From NCBI GenBank assembly GCA_031402175.1, contig JANNSB010000507.1:1-45814 (forward strand): a stretch of DNA of 45,814 nucleotides. The letters are read 5' to 3'. Both the position numbers and the translations under genes were made by a program. This document shows positions 30,221 through 38,506 of this stretch, in pieces. The notes under the pieces are model-generated. The model was not told the DNA's origin, did no database searches, and saw nothing but the letters and a program-made list of their open reading frames with translations. Source of the stretch: Planctomycetaceae bacterium. Lineage in GTDB: Bacteria; Planctomycetota; Planctomycetia; Planctomycetales; Planctomycetaceae. Positions within the stretch are counted from its first letter, which is position 1, and each line of letters opens with the position of its first letter.

Positions 30221-30322
30221 GACCGCGAATGGCGCGGATTTGGCGGGTCTTCGCGGATCAGAAACACCAGGCATCGCGATGCAGATCCGCGAAGACCCGC
30301 GTCATCCGCCTAATCCGCGGTC
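30221..30322 (+). repeat. Palindromic intergenic repeat, copy C (most symmetrical copy)
   Basis: GACCGCGAATGGCGCGGATTTGGCGGGTCTTCGCGGATCA - 21-nt spacer - CAGATCCGCGAAGACCCGCGTCATCCGCCTAATCCGCGGTC. The inner 17-18 nt of the two arms are near-perfect reverse complements, and the termini GACCGCG.AT / ATCCGCGGTC are inverted. Confidence 0.85.
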
Positions 30323-30406
30323 GATCTTCTACGGCCGCAAAGTGACGCTTCCACAGGTCAAAACGGAGACTGATTCCTTCAATCCCAGCGTCACAGCGCG
30401 CACACC

Positions 30407-33253
30407 TTGGCGAACGGCTGCACGCTCGCACTACACTGCGGCGACGTTCCTCAGTCCCATGTGATCGCGAGGTGGATTGTGAGAGATCAGCGCTCTTGGC
30501 GACGTGAGTGTGTCGTTCTGCTGTTTGCGGTAGTCGCCGCATCAGTGTGCCGGTCGGCCTCGGCTGTCGAAACACTCTGGATCGAAGCCGAGCACTTCGA
30601 CGGCATCAGCGGCTACTGCTGGCCGATGGGCACGCCGGCGATGCGGCAGACGGCGGGGAACTGGGGCCTGTCGGGACCAGGCTGGGCGGCGGACTGGAAC
30701 CAGGGTGGCGAAAGCGGATTTCTCTCCATCGCGACGGCTGCAGAAGACGCCAATGCCGTCGTGACCAAGACCGTGACCGTACCGGCGGCTGGCAGCTACA
30801 CGCTGTGGGTGCGCTATTGCGACTACCGCGAAGCCGCCGAGCGATTTGAAGTTCGCATTGCTCAACCGGGCCGCGAAGCCCGCACTTTCGAGTTCGGCCT
30901 GCACCCGCGCGTCGAGGAAGACAACGAGATCAAACTCTATTTCGATTTCGCGTTTGCGTGGGACGGCTTGGCGCTCGATCTGGCGGAGGGCGAATGCCAG
31001 ATCGCGCTCGCGTCCACGTCCACTGCCCCGGCCGCACGGCGGGTTGATGTCGTCGTCATCACCGATGCTCGCGACTATCACCCGTTGATGAAGGAACGCC
31101 CGCCGCATGCCGCGTGGGAACTGCTGGAACCATTGCGAGAAGGCATTCCCGATGACTACGAACCACTCGCCCGCCGCACGGGGATGACGACGATTCCCGA
31201 TGTCTGGCGCTTGCAGACGTTTCGCAACGAAGGCTTTCGCTATCTGTGGAATGTTGATGGCGATCAGGGCGTGCAGACCTGGATGAGCGACAATCCAGCC
31301 ACAGTGCGCGTCCCCTATCAAGTGCGGGATGAAGACGTTCGCTCCGAGTTTGAGGCACTGTATGCGGGGCGAAACGATGTGCCGATCTTTTCCGATCCGC
31401 GCATCGTGCCGACGTTTCATGGAGCCGGCGCGGGCATCTTCGCGACTGATCCGGCATCGGGCGCACTGCTGGAACGCGGACAACGCTTCGCGGCCTGGCT
31501 CGATGCTCATCCCGACCGGCCTTGGGCGATGATGATGAACTACCACCCCGAAGTTCCCATCGGTGAGCAGGGAATCGCAGCTTTCCAGCGCTACCGTGAC
31601 CGCTACATCGGCTCCATCTCCGGGGAGAGCCTGGGTTACTTCTATCCCTCGGCCGAAACGATGCGGGCCGCGACCGCGGGCTGCACCACGCGCCGGCAAC
31701 TTGTGGAGGCCATGTCGCAAGTCTCTCTGGCCGAGAACGTCAACAAGTATCGCGCTGTCTACGGTCGCGACCTCGATGCCAACGCCTATGCCGACGTGAT
31801 CGCCTGTTTGTCGGTGGGCAACATCTGCTGGTTGCCGATGTGTTACGACTGGGGGGCGCGGATTGGCGGCTACGAGTCGCACACTGCGACATCGAGCATT
31901 CTCGGCATGCGCTGGGCCTTCATGCGGGGGGCGGCCCGGCAGTGGGACCGCCTGACAGCCACCTATCGGAGCTGCAACTTCGGCGACTCAGCCACGATCT
32001 TCAGCAATACCGGGAGCTACCACAGCCCGCAGGCGATCTATGACAACTACTATTCCGTCTACAGCGGAGCGGGGATGACGTGGTACAAGTTCGACATCTG
32101 GCATCAGTACCAGTCCGGCTCGTCCATGTTCTATCACGAGCAGGGGTTCGATGAGTTCTGGCGTCCCGGCGGCACAACGGCTGCGGGCATTCATCCCGTG
32201 CAGCTTTCTCCCAAGGGGAAGCTCGTCGATCGTTTTCTCAGGCTGACGGCAGAGGAACCCGATCGCGGCACACCCTTCACTCCCGTCGCGTTTCTGGTGG
32301 ACTACGCACACGGCTGGGAACCGAGTCCGTACTGGCCCAACTCGTTCAAGAACTGGCACCAGAACGAGTCGCTGTTTCGGTACGGCGTCCACGAGCGGAT
32401 GCTGCAGGAATATTTCTGGCTGGCCTATCACCCCATCGGCGTCGAGAGCGAACGGCCCATCACCGCGCTCAACGAGGTGTACGTCCCCGGAGTGTTCGGC
32501 AACATGTTCGACGTTATCTTCGCCTATCCTGATGTCTCGAAGTGGCGGACGATCGACAGCTATCCGGTGGTGATCGTGGCCGGCGAGATTGAACTGACGG
32601 ATGCCGAGGGACAACGCCTGGCCGCCTACGTGAATAACGGTGGCACGCTGCTGGTCGCGGGGAGCCATCTGACTGGACCGGGCGTCGGTCATCTCGCATT
32701 GCCGGCCGCAACGCCCGAACAACAGGCGGGTGGTTATCGCTGGCTCGATGATCCGACGTTTCGCGAATCGCCGAGGTTTAGGTATCAGCCAATCGATGCA
32801 ACGCAGGGACGCGAGTTGGCGACGACTGACAGCGGTGATTGCTTCTGTGCGGCGTTTGACCGCGATGCCGGTCGACTTATCTACCTTTCAGTGCCACACG
32901 GTTTGACGATCTCGCAAGAGGCCTCGCCGGTGGTGGCACATCTGCTGACCCACCTCACCCGCAACCAGATGCCGATCGAAGTCGATGGTGACGTGGAATG
33001 GTTCATCAATCAGACCGACACCGGCTGGCTGGTGACACTCCTCAACCCCGCCGGCCAGGACAAGCCGCAGCAGGGCATCACGCCAACCGACTATCAGGAG
33101 AACCGGAATGTGACGATCACGGCCTTCGCGCCGATCGTCGCCGCACATGACCGATTGTCGCCTGATGAGACATTCACGCCCACCGGAATGACGCTCGACT
33201 GCGTGATTCCGGCGGGGGCGGTGAGGATTGTGGAATTGCAGTTGCAACCGTAG
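30407..33253 (+). CDS. Large secreted protein of unknown function (possible glycan-active enzyme)
   Basis: 948-aa uninterrupted ORF with ordinary, W/Y/F-rich composition. The start is uncertain: ATG 30407, or GTG 30461/30479 just before the signal-like VVLLFAVVAASVCRSASA. N-terminal LWIEAEHFDG...YTLWVRY resembles CBM-like beta-sandwich modules. C-terminal YPVVIVAGEIELTDAEGQRLAAYVNNGGTLLVAG resembles a GATase1-like/beta-galactosidase trimerisation fold. The functional call is weak. Confidence 0.7.
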   Translation: MANGCTLALHCGDVPQSHVIARWIVRDQRSWRRECVVLLFAVVAASVCRSASAVETLWIEAEHFDGISGYCWPMGTPAMRQTAGNWGLSGPGWAADWNQGGESGFLSIATAAEDANAVVTKTVTVPAAGSYTLWVRYCDYREAAERFEVRIAQPGREARTFEFGLHPRVEEDNEIKLYFDFAFAWDGLALDLAEGECQIALASTSTAPAARRVDVVVITDARDYHPLMKERPPHAAWELLEPLREGIPDDYEPLARRTGMTTIPDVWRLQTFRNEGFRYLWNVDGDQGVQTWMSDNPATVRVPYQVRDEDVRSEFEALYAGRNDVPIFSDPRIVPTFHGAGAGIFATDPASGALLERGQRFAAWLDAHPDRPWAMMMNYHPEVPIGEQGIAAFQRYRDRYIGSISGESLGYFYPSAETMRAATAGCTTRRQLVEAMSQVSLAENVNKYRAVYGRDLDANAYADVIACLSVGNICWLPMCYDWGARIGGYESHTATSSILGMRWAFMRGAARQWDRLTATYRSCNFGDSATIFSNTGSYHSPQAIYDNYYSVYSGAGMTWYKFDIWHQYQSGSSMFYHEQGFDEFWRPGGTTAAGIHPVQLSPKGKLVDRFLRLTAEEPDRGTPFTPVAFLVDYAHGWEPSPYWPNSFKNWHQNESLFRYGVHERMLQEYFWLAYHPIGVESERPITALNEVYVPGVFGNMFDVIFAYPDVSKWRTIDSYPVVIVAGEIELTDAEGQRLAAYVNNGGTLLVAGSHLTGPGVGHLALPAATPEQQAGGYRWLDDPTFRESPRFRYQPIDATQGRELATTDSGDCFCAAFDRDAGRLIYLSVPHGLTISQEASPVVAHLLTHLTRNQMPIEVDGDVEWFINQTDTGWLVTLLNPAGQDKPQQGITPTDYQENRNVTITAFAPIVAAHDRLSPDETFTPTGMTLDCVIPAGAVRIVELQLQP

Positions 33254-33275
33254 CGGCGTCTGTCCCCAGACGCCG
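33254..33275 (+). terminator. Stem-loop immediately after the stop of the 948-aa gene
   Basis: CGGCGTCTG (33254-33262) / CAGACGCCG (33267-33275), a perfect 9-bp stem with a 4-nt loop. No T-tract. Confidence 0.4.
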
Positions 33276-33392
33276 AGACCAAAGAGAACGACGTTGAACT
33301 CTGATGAGACCTGACAACCATTTACCGCCCAACTGCGTGGCCCCGTGTCTGCGGACAGACACGGCTACATGCAGGCGGCTTCGAGGCTGCAC

Positions 33393-35867
33393 ATGCCATT
33401 CAACTCGCGACCAATACTTCTCGTTTCACTCATTGCGACTTTGTTTGGAACGACAAACGCAGCCAACTCCCAGGAAGCCCGCGACTTTCGCGAGTACCAC
33501 CGTCATTGGCTCTGGTCGATCGCTCATGAGATACCCAAGGAGACCACCAGCGAGGGAAGCGGGTACTTTTCGATTATCGAGGGTCACAACGAACGCATCT
33601 ACGTCGGAGCTGCGAAGTATCGCCACAATGCGTATCTCGTCGAGTTCGACCCGGTGACGAACGGGATGTCGGTCGTGCTCGATGCGCAGCGGGAGATCGG
33701 CACCGACGCCACGGGGTTCGCGGCGCAGGCAAAGTTTCATACCCGCAACAACATCGGAGAGAGCGGACGCATCTATCTCGGCACGAAGCAGGGCTACCCG
33801 GCCGAGGGGGAGTCACGAGACTTGTACCCCGGCGGCTATCCGATGGTGTTCGACCCGGCGACCGGCGAAACGCGGGTCTATCCGATCCCGGTCCCGCATC
33901 AGGGGATCATCAGCGTCACGCCCTACGAGTCTCGCGGCCTCGCTTACATCTCGACGTGTGATGACGCCCGGCCGATCGAGAGCTCGCACTTCATGATTCT
34001 CGACCTGGAGACGGAGGAGTATCGCGACCTGATGGAGACACATCACATGTATGCCTTCATCGTCGTCGATGCCCGCGGCAGGGCCTATCACCCAATCCTT
34101 GGTGGCGACGTGGCCCGTTACGACGCCGATGCCGACCGGCTCGATCGACTCACCGTGCTCGTCGATGGCTCGCCGCCGACGGAGGCTTCGCTGCTGGCGC
34201 ATCCGGAGAGCCATCCCCTTAATTGGGACATTGCTCCCGATCGACAGACGTATTACTGCGTGGCGATGAGCGGCAATCAGCTCTTTTCGTTCGATCTGAC
34301 GGGTGATGATATGACTCTGAACGGCCGCAGTCTGGGTCCGATCATTCCCGGCGCGCAGTCGACTGACTGCCGGGCGATGTGCGTTGGACCTGATGGAACC
34401 GTTTGGGCTGGAGTCGCCGCGAACTTCGAAGGCCAAGGGCAGTTTCTGCATCTGTCGCGTTATCGTCCCGGTGTGGATGCCGCCCCAATCGATCTGGGGC
34501 CGATCGCTATCAGCAATCCCGACTACACATCGTTTGTTGACGCGGACGGCACGGAACTGCCGTGGCATCACGGCGTGCATCGACCGTTCGAGCCGGGTCC
34601 GCTGTTGCCGAGATATGCGATCATGGGCATCTGCGCAGCACAAGATGGCCGGGTGTATGTGACGACGCTCGCCCCCTTCACGCTGCATGAGATTCGCTTA
34701 CCGCATGTGGCCGGCGTGACGAGCGTGTACCATCACAATGCCCATGCCGACGTGCTGCTGAGCCGGATGATGCAGACCGACACGCTCGATGGCCAGGGAG
34801 AGACGCCGACGATCACGCTCGACTCGATGTATGTCGACCAGTTTCCCGAAAGCGACATCAGCCGGCGGCTTAGTGCCGAGAGCGGAGTGCCGATCCGCGA
34901 CACCGTGGCAGGCACACTGCTGGCGGAGGACGGCACGCTCGCGGTGGATGGCATCATGCTCGTGGCTGAGCACGGGGACTACCCGCGTTCGGAGACAGGT
35001 CAAATCATATACCCCAAACGCAGGTTGTTCACCGAGATGGCTTACCTCATTGGCCAAACAGGCCAGTCTGTGCCGGTCTTCATCGATAAGCATCTGGCCG
35101 ACAATTGGGAGGATGCCAATTGGATCTATACGACCGCTCGGGAACTGAACATCCCGTTAATGGCCGGTTCATCGCTGCCTGTGCTGTGGCGTTACCCGGC
35201 CACCGATGTGCGACGCGGTGAGCAGCTCAAGGAGATCGTGGCCGTGTCGTATCACACGCTCGATGCGTACGGCTTCCATGCTTTGGAGATGGTGCAGTGT
35301 CTCGCCGAGCGCAGGGCCGGCGGCGAGACGGGTATTGCGTCGGTGCAATGCTACACTGGACCTTCGGTGTGGGAAGCCGGCGCTGCGGGCGTGTTCGACC
35401 GTTCATTGCTCGATGAATGCATGGCCCGCTTGAAAATCGACTATATCCCTGATGGTCAAACGATCGAATCGATGACGCCGGAGCCGATTCTGTTTCACAT
35501 TCGTTACGCCGACGGTCTCGTGGCCAACGTCCTCACGCTCAACGGAGCGGTGGGCGAATGGTCGTCCGCCTGGCGCTACGCCGACGGCAGCGTCGACTCG
35601 ACCCTCTTCTGGACGCAGGAGGCGCGCCCCTTCATGCACTTCACCTATCTGCTCGCCGGCATCGAGCAGATGTATCACACCGGCGTCCCCACTTGGCCCG
35701 TCGAGCGCACACTGATGACGAGCGGCGTCCTCGATGCCCTACTCAACTCCAAACTCAACGGCGGCACGCCGCTCGACACGCCGCAGCTCATGTTCAGTTA
35801 CGAGAGCGATTGGGACTGGCATCAACCCCCCGATCCGCCGCCAGGGCGGCCGGTGCACGAGCAGTGA
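33393..35867 (+). CDS. Large secreted protein of unknown function (N-terminal beta-propeller-like half, C-terminal oxidoreductase-like half)
   Basis: ATG 33393 gives MPFNSRPILLVSLIATLFGTTNAANSQE (signal peptide). Coding-like composition throughout. No family signature I can name with confidence. Confidence 0.7.
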   Translation: MPFNSRPILLVSLIATLFGTTNAANSQEARDFREYHRHWLWSIAHEIPKETTSEGSGYFSIIEGHNERIYVGAAKYRHNAYLVEFDPVTNGMSVVLDAQREIGTDATGFAAQAKFHTRNNIGESGRIYLGTKQGYPAEGESRDLYPGGYPMVFDPATGETRVYPIPVPHQGIISVTPYESRGLAYISTCDDARPIESSHFMILDLETEEYRDLMETHHMYAFIVVDARGRAYHPILGGDVARYDADADRLDRLTVLVDGSPPTEASLLAHPESHPLNWDIAPDRQTYYCVAMSGNQLFSFDLTGDDMTLNGRSLGPIIPGAQSTDCRAMCVGPDGTVWAGVAANFEGQGQFLHLSRYRPGVDAAPIDLGPIAISNPDYTSFVDADGTELPWHHGVHRPFEPGPLLPRYAIMGICAAQDGRVYVTTLAPFTLHEIRLPHVAGVTSVYHHNAHADVLLSRMMQTDTLDGQGETPTITLDSMYVDQFPESDISRRLSAESGVPIRDTVAGTLLAEDGTLAVDGIMLVAEHGDYPRSETGQIIYPKRRLFTEMAYLIGQTGQSVPVFIDKHLADNWEDANWIYTTARELNIPLMAGSSLPVLWRYPATDVRRGEQLKEIVAVSYHTLDAYGFHALEMVQCLAERRAGGETGIASVQCYTGPSVWEAGAAGVFDRSLLDECMARLKIDYIPDGQTIESMTPEPILFHIRYADGLVANVLTLNGAVGEWSSAWRYADGSVDSTLFWTQEARPFMHFTYLLAGIEQMYHTGVPTWPVERTLMTSGVLDALLNSKLNGGTPLDTPQLMFSYESDWDWHQPPDPPPGRPVHEQ

Positions 35868-35977
35868 GACATGGCTGATGGCTCAAGGATGATGGCCAGA
35901 GAAGGCAGAATGACAGCCGGATACGCGTGGCCATTGCCGATTAGCGGTGTTAGGATGGATTTGGAAGGGGACCACTG

Positions 35978-36202
35978 ATGACGAAATCCATCGAGATTGA
36001 TGTGGCTCAGGCCACGCTCAGCGAAATCGTGGCTGGTCTGGGGCCTGGTGAAGAGATTCTGCTCGTGCGCAATCGCCAGCCTGTCGCTCGCATTGTCCCG
36101 ACGACGGCCGGCAAACCTCAATTTGGGAACTGCGCGGGCCTGCTCACGGTCATTGAGGACGACGATGAACATCTGGAGCAGTTCGCGGAATACATGCCAT
36201 GA
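35978..36202 (+). CDS. vapB: Type II antitoxin (Phd/YefM-like / VapB-type)
   Basis: 74 aa. The N-terminus MTKSIEIDVAQATLSEIV...LLVRNRQPVARIVP is typical of prevent-host-death antitoxins. Acidic C-terminus. The stop overlaps the toxin start (ATGA at 36199-36202). Confidence 0.8.
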   Translation: MTKSIEIDVAQATLSEIVAGLGPGEEILLVRNRQPVARIVPTTAGKPQFGNCAGLLTVIEDDDEHLEQFAEYMP

Positions 36203-36585
36203 GGTTGCTGTTGGACACGCATGCATTCTTGTGGTTCGTGCTTGGAGACACTCGCTGCCGGGCGACCGCACGATCGCTGATTGAAGACGAATCTCACGAG
36301 AAGTGGATCAGCCCCGCGAGTCACTGGGAATTGGCAATCAAGATCTCGCTGGGCAAGTACACTCTTCCGATTCCATTCGAGGAGTTCTTCAATCGAGCCG
36401 TCGTCAACAATGGTTTCATGGTTCTACCCATTGAGCCGGCACACACTGCCCTGCTGACCGACCTGCCGTATCACCATCGGGATCCGTTCGACCGACTGAT
36501 AGTCGCCCAGGCGATGGCCGAAGGAATGTCAATCGTCAGTGCCGATCCGGCGTTTGATGCGTACACAATTTCGCGGCAGTGGTGA
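36199..36585 (+). CDS. vapC: Type II toxin, PIN-domain ribonuclease VapC
   Basis: MRLLLDTHAFLWF (first acidic residue), SPASHWELAIK, HHRDPFDRLIVAQA, SADPAFD: the conserved PIN acidic residues in the canonical order. Confidence 0.88.
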   Translation: MRLLLDTHAFLWFVLGDTRCRATARSLIEDESHEKWISPASHWELAIKISLGKYTLPIPFEEFFNRAVVNNGFMVLPIEPAHTALLTDLPYHHRDPFDRLIVAQAMAEGMSIVSADPAFDAYTISRQW

Positions 36586-36696
36586 TTGACGCAAGACTCG
36601 TAGCGGACTGGCAGAGTCCTTGCTGGCGTTTGACTTCCATGATCGCCAAGCTACTCACTCCGTTGCGATCAACATCCAACCGAGGGCTTGCTGACA

Positions 36697-38289
36697 ATGG
36701 CCGAATCCACAAACACGCCGTCGATCAGTCGCGGTGCTCGCATTGCCACGCTGGTCGCTGCCTTGCTGGGCTGGATGTTCGACGGCTACGAGATGGGATT
36801 GTTCCCACTGATCGGGAATCCAGCACTCGAGGAATTGCTGCCCGCCGATGAAACTTCAGAGTCGCAGACGGGAATCCCACTTTCGAAAGAAGAGTTAGAT
36901 GCACAGAAAGAGGCGCGAGACAAGCGGGTGAACCAATGGTACGGCGTCATTACGGCGGTATTCCTGGTGGGGGCCGCCAGCGGAGGCGTGCTGTTCGGCT
37001 GGATGGGAGACAAGATTGGCCGGGTGCGGGCCATGTCGCTCAGCATCTTCACCTATGCGGTGTTCACCGGACTGTGCGGATTCGCCACGGAGGCCTGGCA
37101 TATCGCGGTGCTGCGGTTCATCGCGTCACTCGGCATGGGAGGTGAATGGTCGTTGGGCGTCGCGCTGGTTAACGAGATCTGGCCGGGGAAGTCCCGCGCA
37201 TTCATTGCGGGCTTGATCGGCGCGGCGTCGAATGTCGGTTTCCTGCTGGTCGGACTGCTCAGTCTGGGGTTGGCACAGGTCATTGATGGGGTCCGTTCCG
37301 CCTTGCTCAATGTTGGAGTCTCCGAGGCGACGACGACCAGTCTGTTGCAGAACTCGGCCTGGCGATTTCTGATGATCAGCGGCGCGTTCCCCGCGCTGCT
37401 CATCTTTTTCATCCGTCTCTTCGTACCCGAATCGCAGAAATGGGAAGAAGAACGTGCCCGCGGCAAAACGGCGCATTGGAAGAACGCCGACCTCATCGGT
37501 GTGATGATCGGTTGTCTGGCGGCGGTAGGGATTATTTATGTCTGGTCGCCGGCAGTGAAGGATCTGGCGGTGGGACTCAAGACCGCCATCACGATTGCCG
37601 GCCTCGTGATTGCGTTCCTGGCATTTCTTTACCCGGTCAGACAGTACTTGTCGCGCACGATCGCGGCGGGGGCATTGCCGGCGAGTTCGGCCAAAACCAT
37701 CTTGCAGCGCATCTTGCTCGGGGCGGCGCTGGCGGGCATCGCGCTGCTGGGTACCTGGGGTTCGCTGCAATGGGCCCCCAAATGGGCGGGAACCTTGAAG
37801 CCCGATGCCGACGGCGTGAAGTTCTTCGCCAGGGAGTACACCCAGATCGCGACCGCCCTGGGCGCGATTGTGGGCACGATCGCCGCGGCGCTCGCGGCGG
37901 GCAGGTTTGGCAGGAGGCCGACCTATGCCGTCCTGTGCGTCGCGTCGTATCTGGCAGCGATCTACTTCTTTCGGTTCAATGACAAATTCGGAACCAAGTT
38001 CCTTATCGCCGCCTTCATTGCCGGCGGCGTGACCGCTTCGTTCTACGGTTTCTTTCCACTGTACTTCCCCGAACTGTTCCCGACGGCAGTGCGGGCTACC
38101 GGACAAGGGTTCGCGTACAACTTCGGCCGCATTATCGCCGCGATCGGCGGGCTGCAGACTGCGACCCTGATGACGAAGTTCGACAACAGCTTCCCCAAGG
38201 CCGGCTCGTTCCTGGCGGTCATCTACCTGCTGGGCGTCTTCATCATCTGGCTGGGACCGGAGACGAAGGGGAAGGAGCTGCCGGAATAG
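36697..38289 (+). CDS. MFS transporter
   Basis: ATG at 36697; the track start at 36688 is TTG. About 12 hydrophobic segments. MFS motif A-like GWMGDKIGRVRAM, and a second-half equivalent AAGRFGRRP. Confidence 0.85.
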   Translation: MAESTNTPSISRGARIATLVAALLGWMFDGYEMGLFPLIGNPALEELLPADETSESQTGIPLSKEELDAQKEARDKRVNQWYGVITAVFLVGAASGGVLFGWMGDKIGRVRAMSLSIFTYAVFTGLCGFATEAWHIAVLRFIASLGMGGEWSLGVALVNEIWPGKSRAFIAGLIGAASNVGFLLVGLLSLGLAQVIDGVRSALLNVGVSEATTTSLLQNSAWRFLMISGAFPALLIFFIRLFVPESQKWEEERARGKTAHWKNADLIGVMIGCLAAVGIIYVWSPAVKDLAVGLKTAITIAGLVIAFLAFLYPVRQYLSRTIAAGALPASSAKTILQRILLGAALAGIALLGTWGSLQWAPKWAGTLKPDADGVKFFAREYTQIATALGAIVGTIAAALAAGRFGRRPTYAVLCVASYLAAIYFFRFNDKFGTKFLIAAFIAGGVTASFYGFFPLYFPELFPTAVRATGQGFAYNFGRIIAAIGGLQTATLMTKFDNSFPKAGSFLAVIYLLGVFIIWLGPETKGKELPE

Positions 38290-38345
38290 TTGTTCTTCAG
38301 AGTAGTGCTCGAATCGATATTGCGTTTCGGGAAGTCAGGGAAATG

Positions 38346-38454
38346 GACCGCGGATGGAGCAGATTCGGCGGATTCCCGCAGATCTGAGTGTCTCGCCGCC
38401 TTTCCAAGCCTTTCCAATCCGCGAAGACCCGCGTCATCCGCCCAATCTGCGGTC
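38346..38454 (+). repeat. Palindromic intergenic repeat, copy D
   Basis: GACCGCGGATGGAGCAGATTCGGCGGATTCCCGCAGATCTGA - spacer - AATCCGCGAAGACCCGCGTCATCCGCCCAATCTGCGGTC. It lies between the convergent MFS and smc stops. Confidence 0.85.
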
Positions 38455-38506
38455 CAACCTCAACGGCCTCGTGCGGACGGACGCTACGGCGAATCGATCT
38501 CTGCAC

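Noticed and set aside
30240-30464. 74-aa ORF (MAGLRGSETPGIAMQIREDPRHPPNPRS..)
   Set aside because: It is encoded almost entirely by repeat copy C. The same pseudo-peptide recurs wherever the repeat occurs, in either orientation.
30542-31882. 446-aa minus-strand ORF
   Set aside because: It is antisense to the uninterrupted 948-aa plus-strand ORF. Its R/G/A/P-rich composition contrasts with the normal composition of the plus-strand product.
37126-38106. 326-aa minus-strand ORF
   Set aside because: It is antisense to the MFS transporter and is R/G/D-rich, with no hydrophobic pattern.
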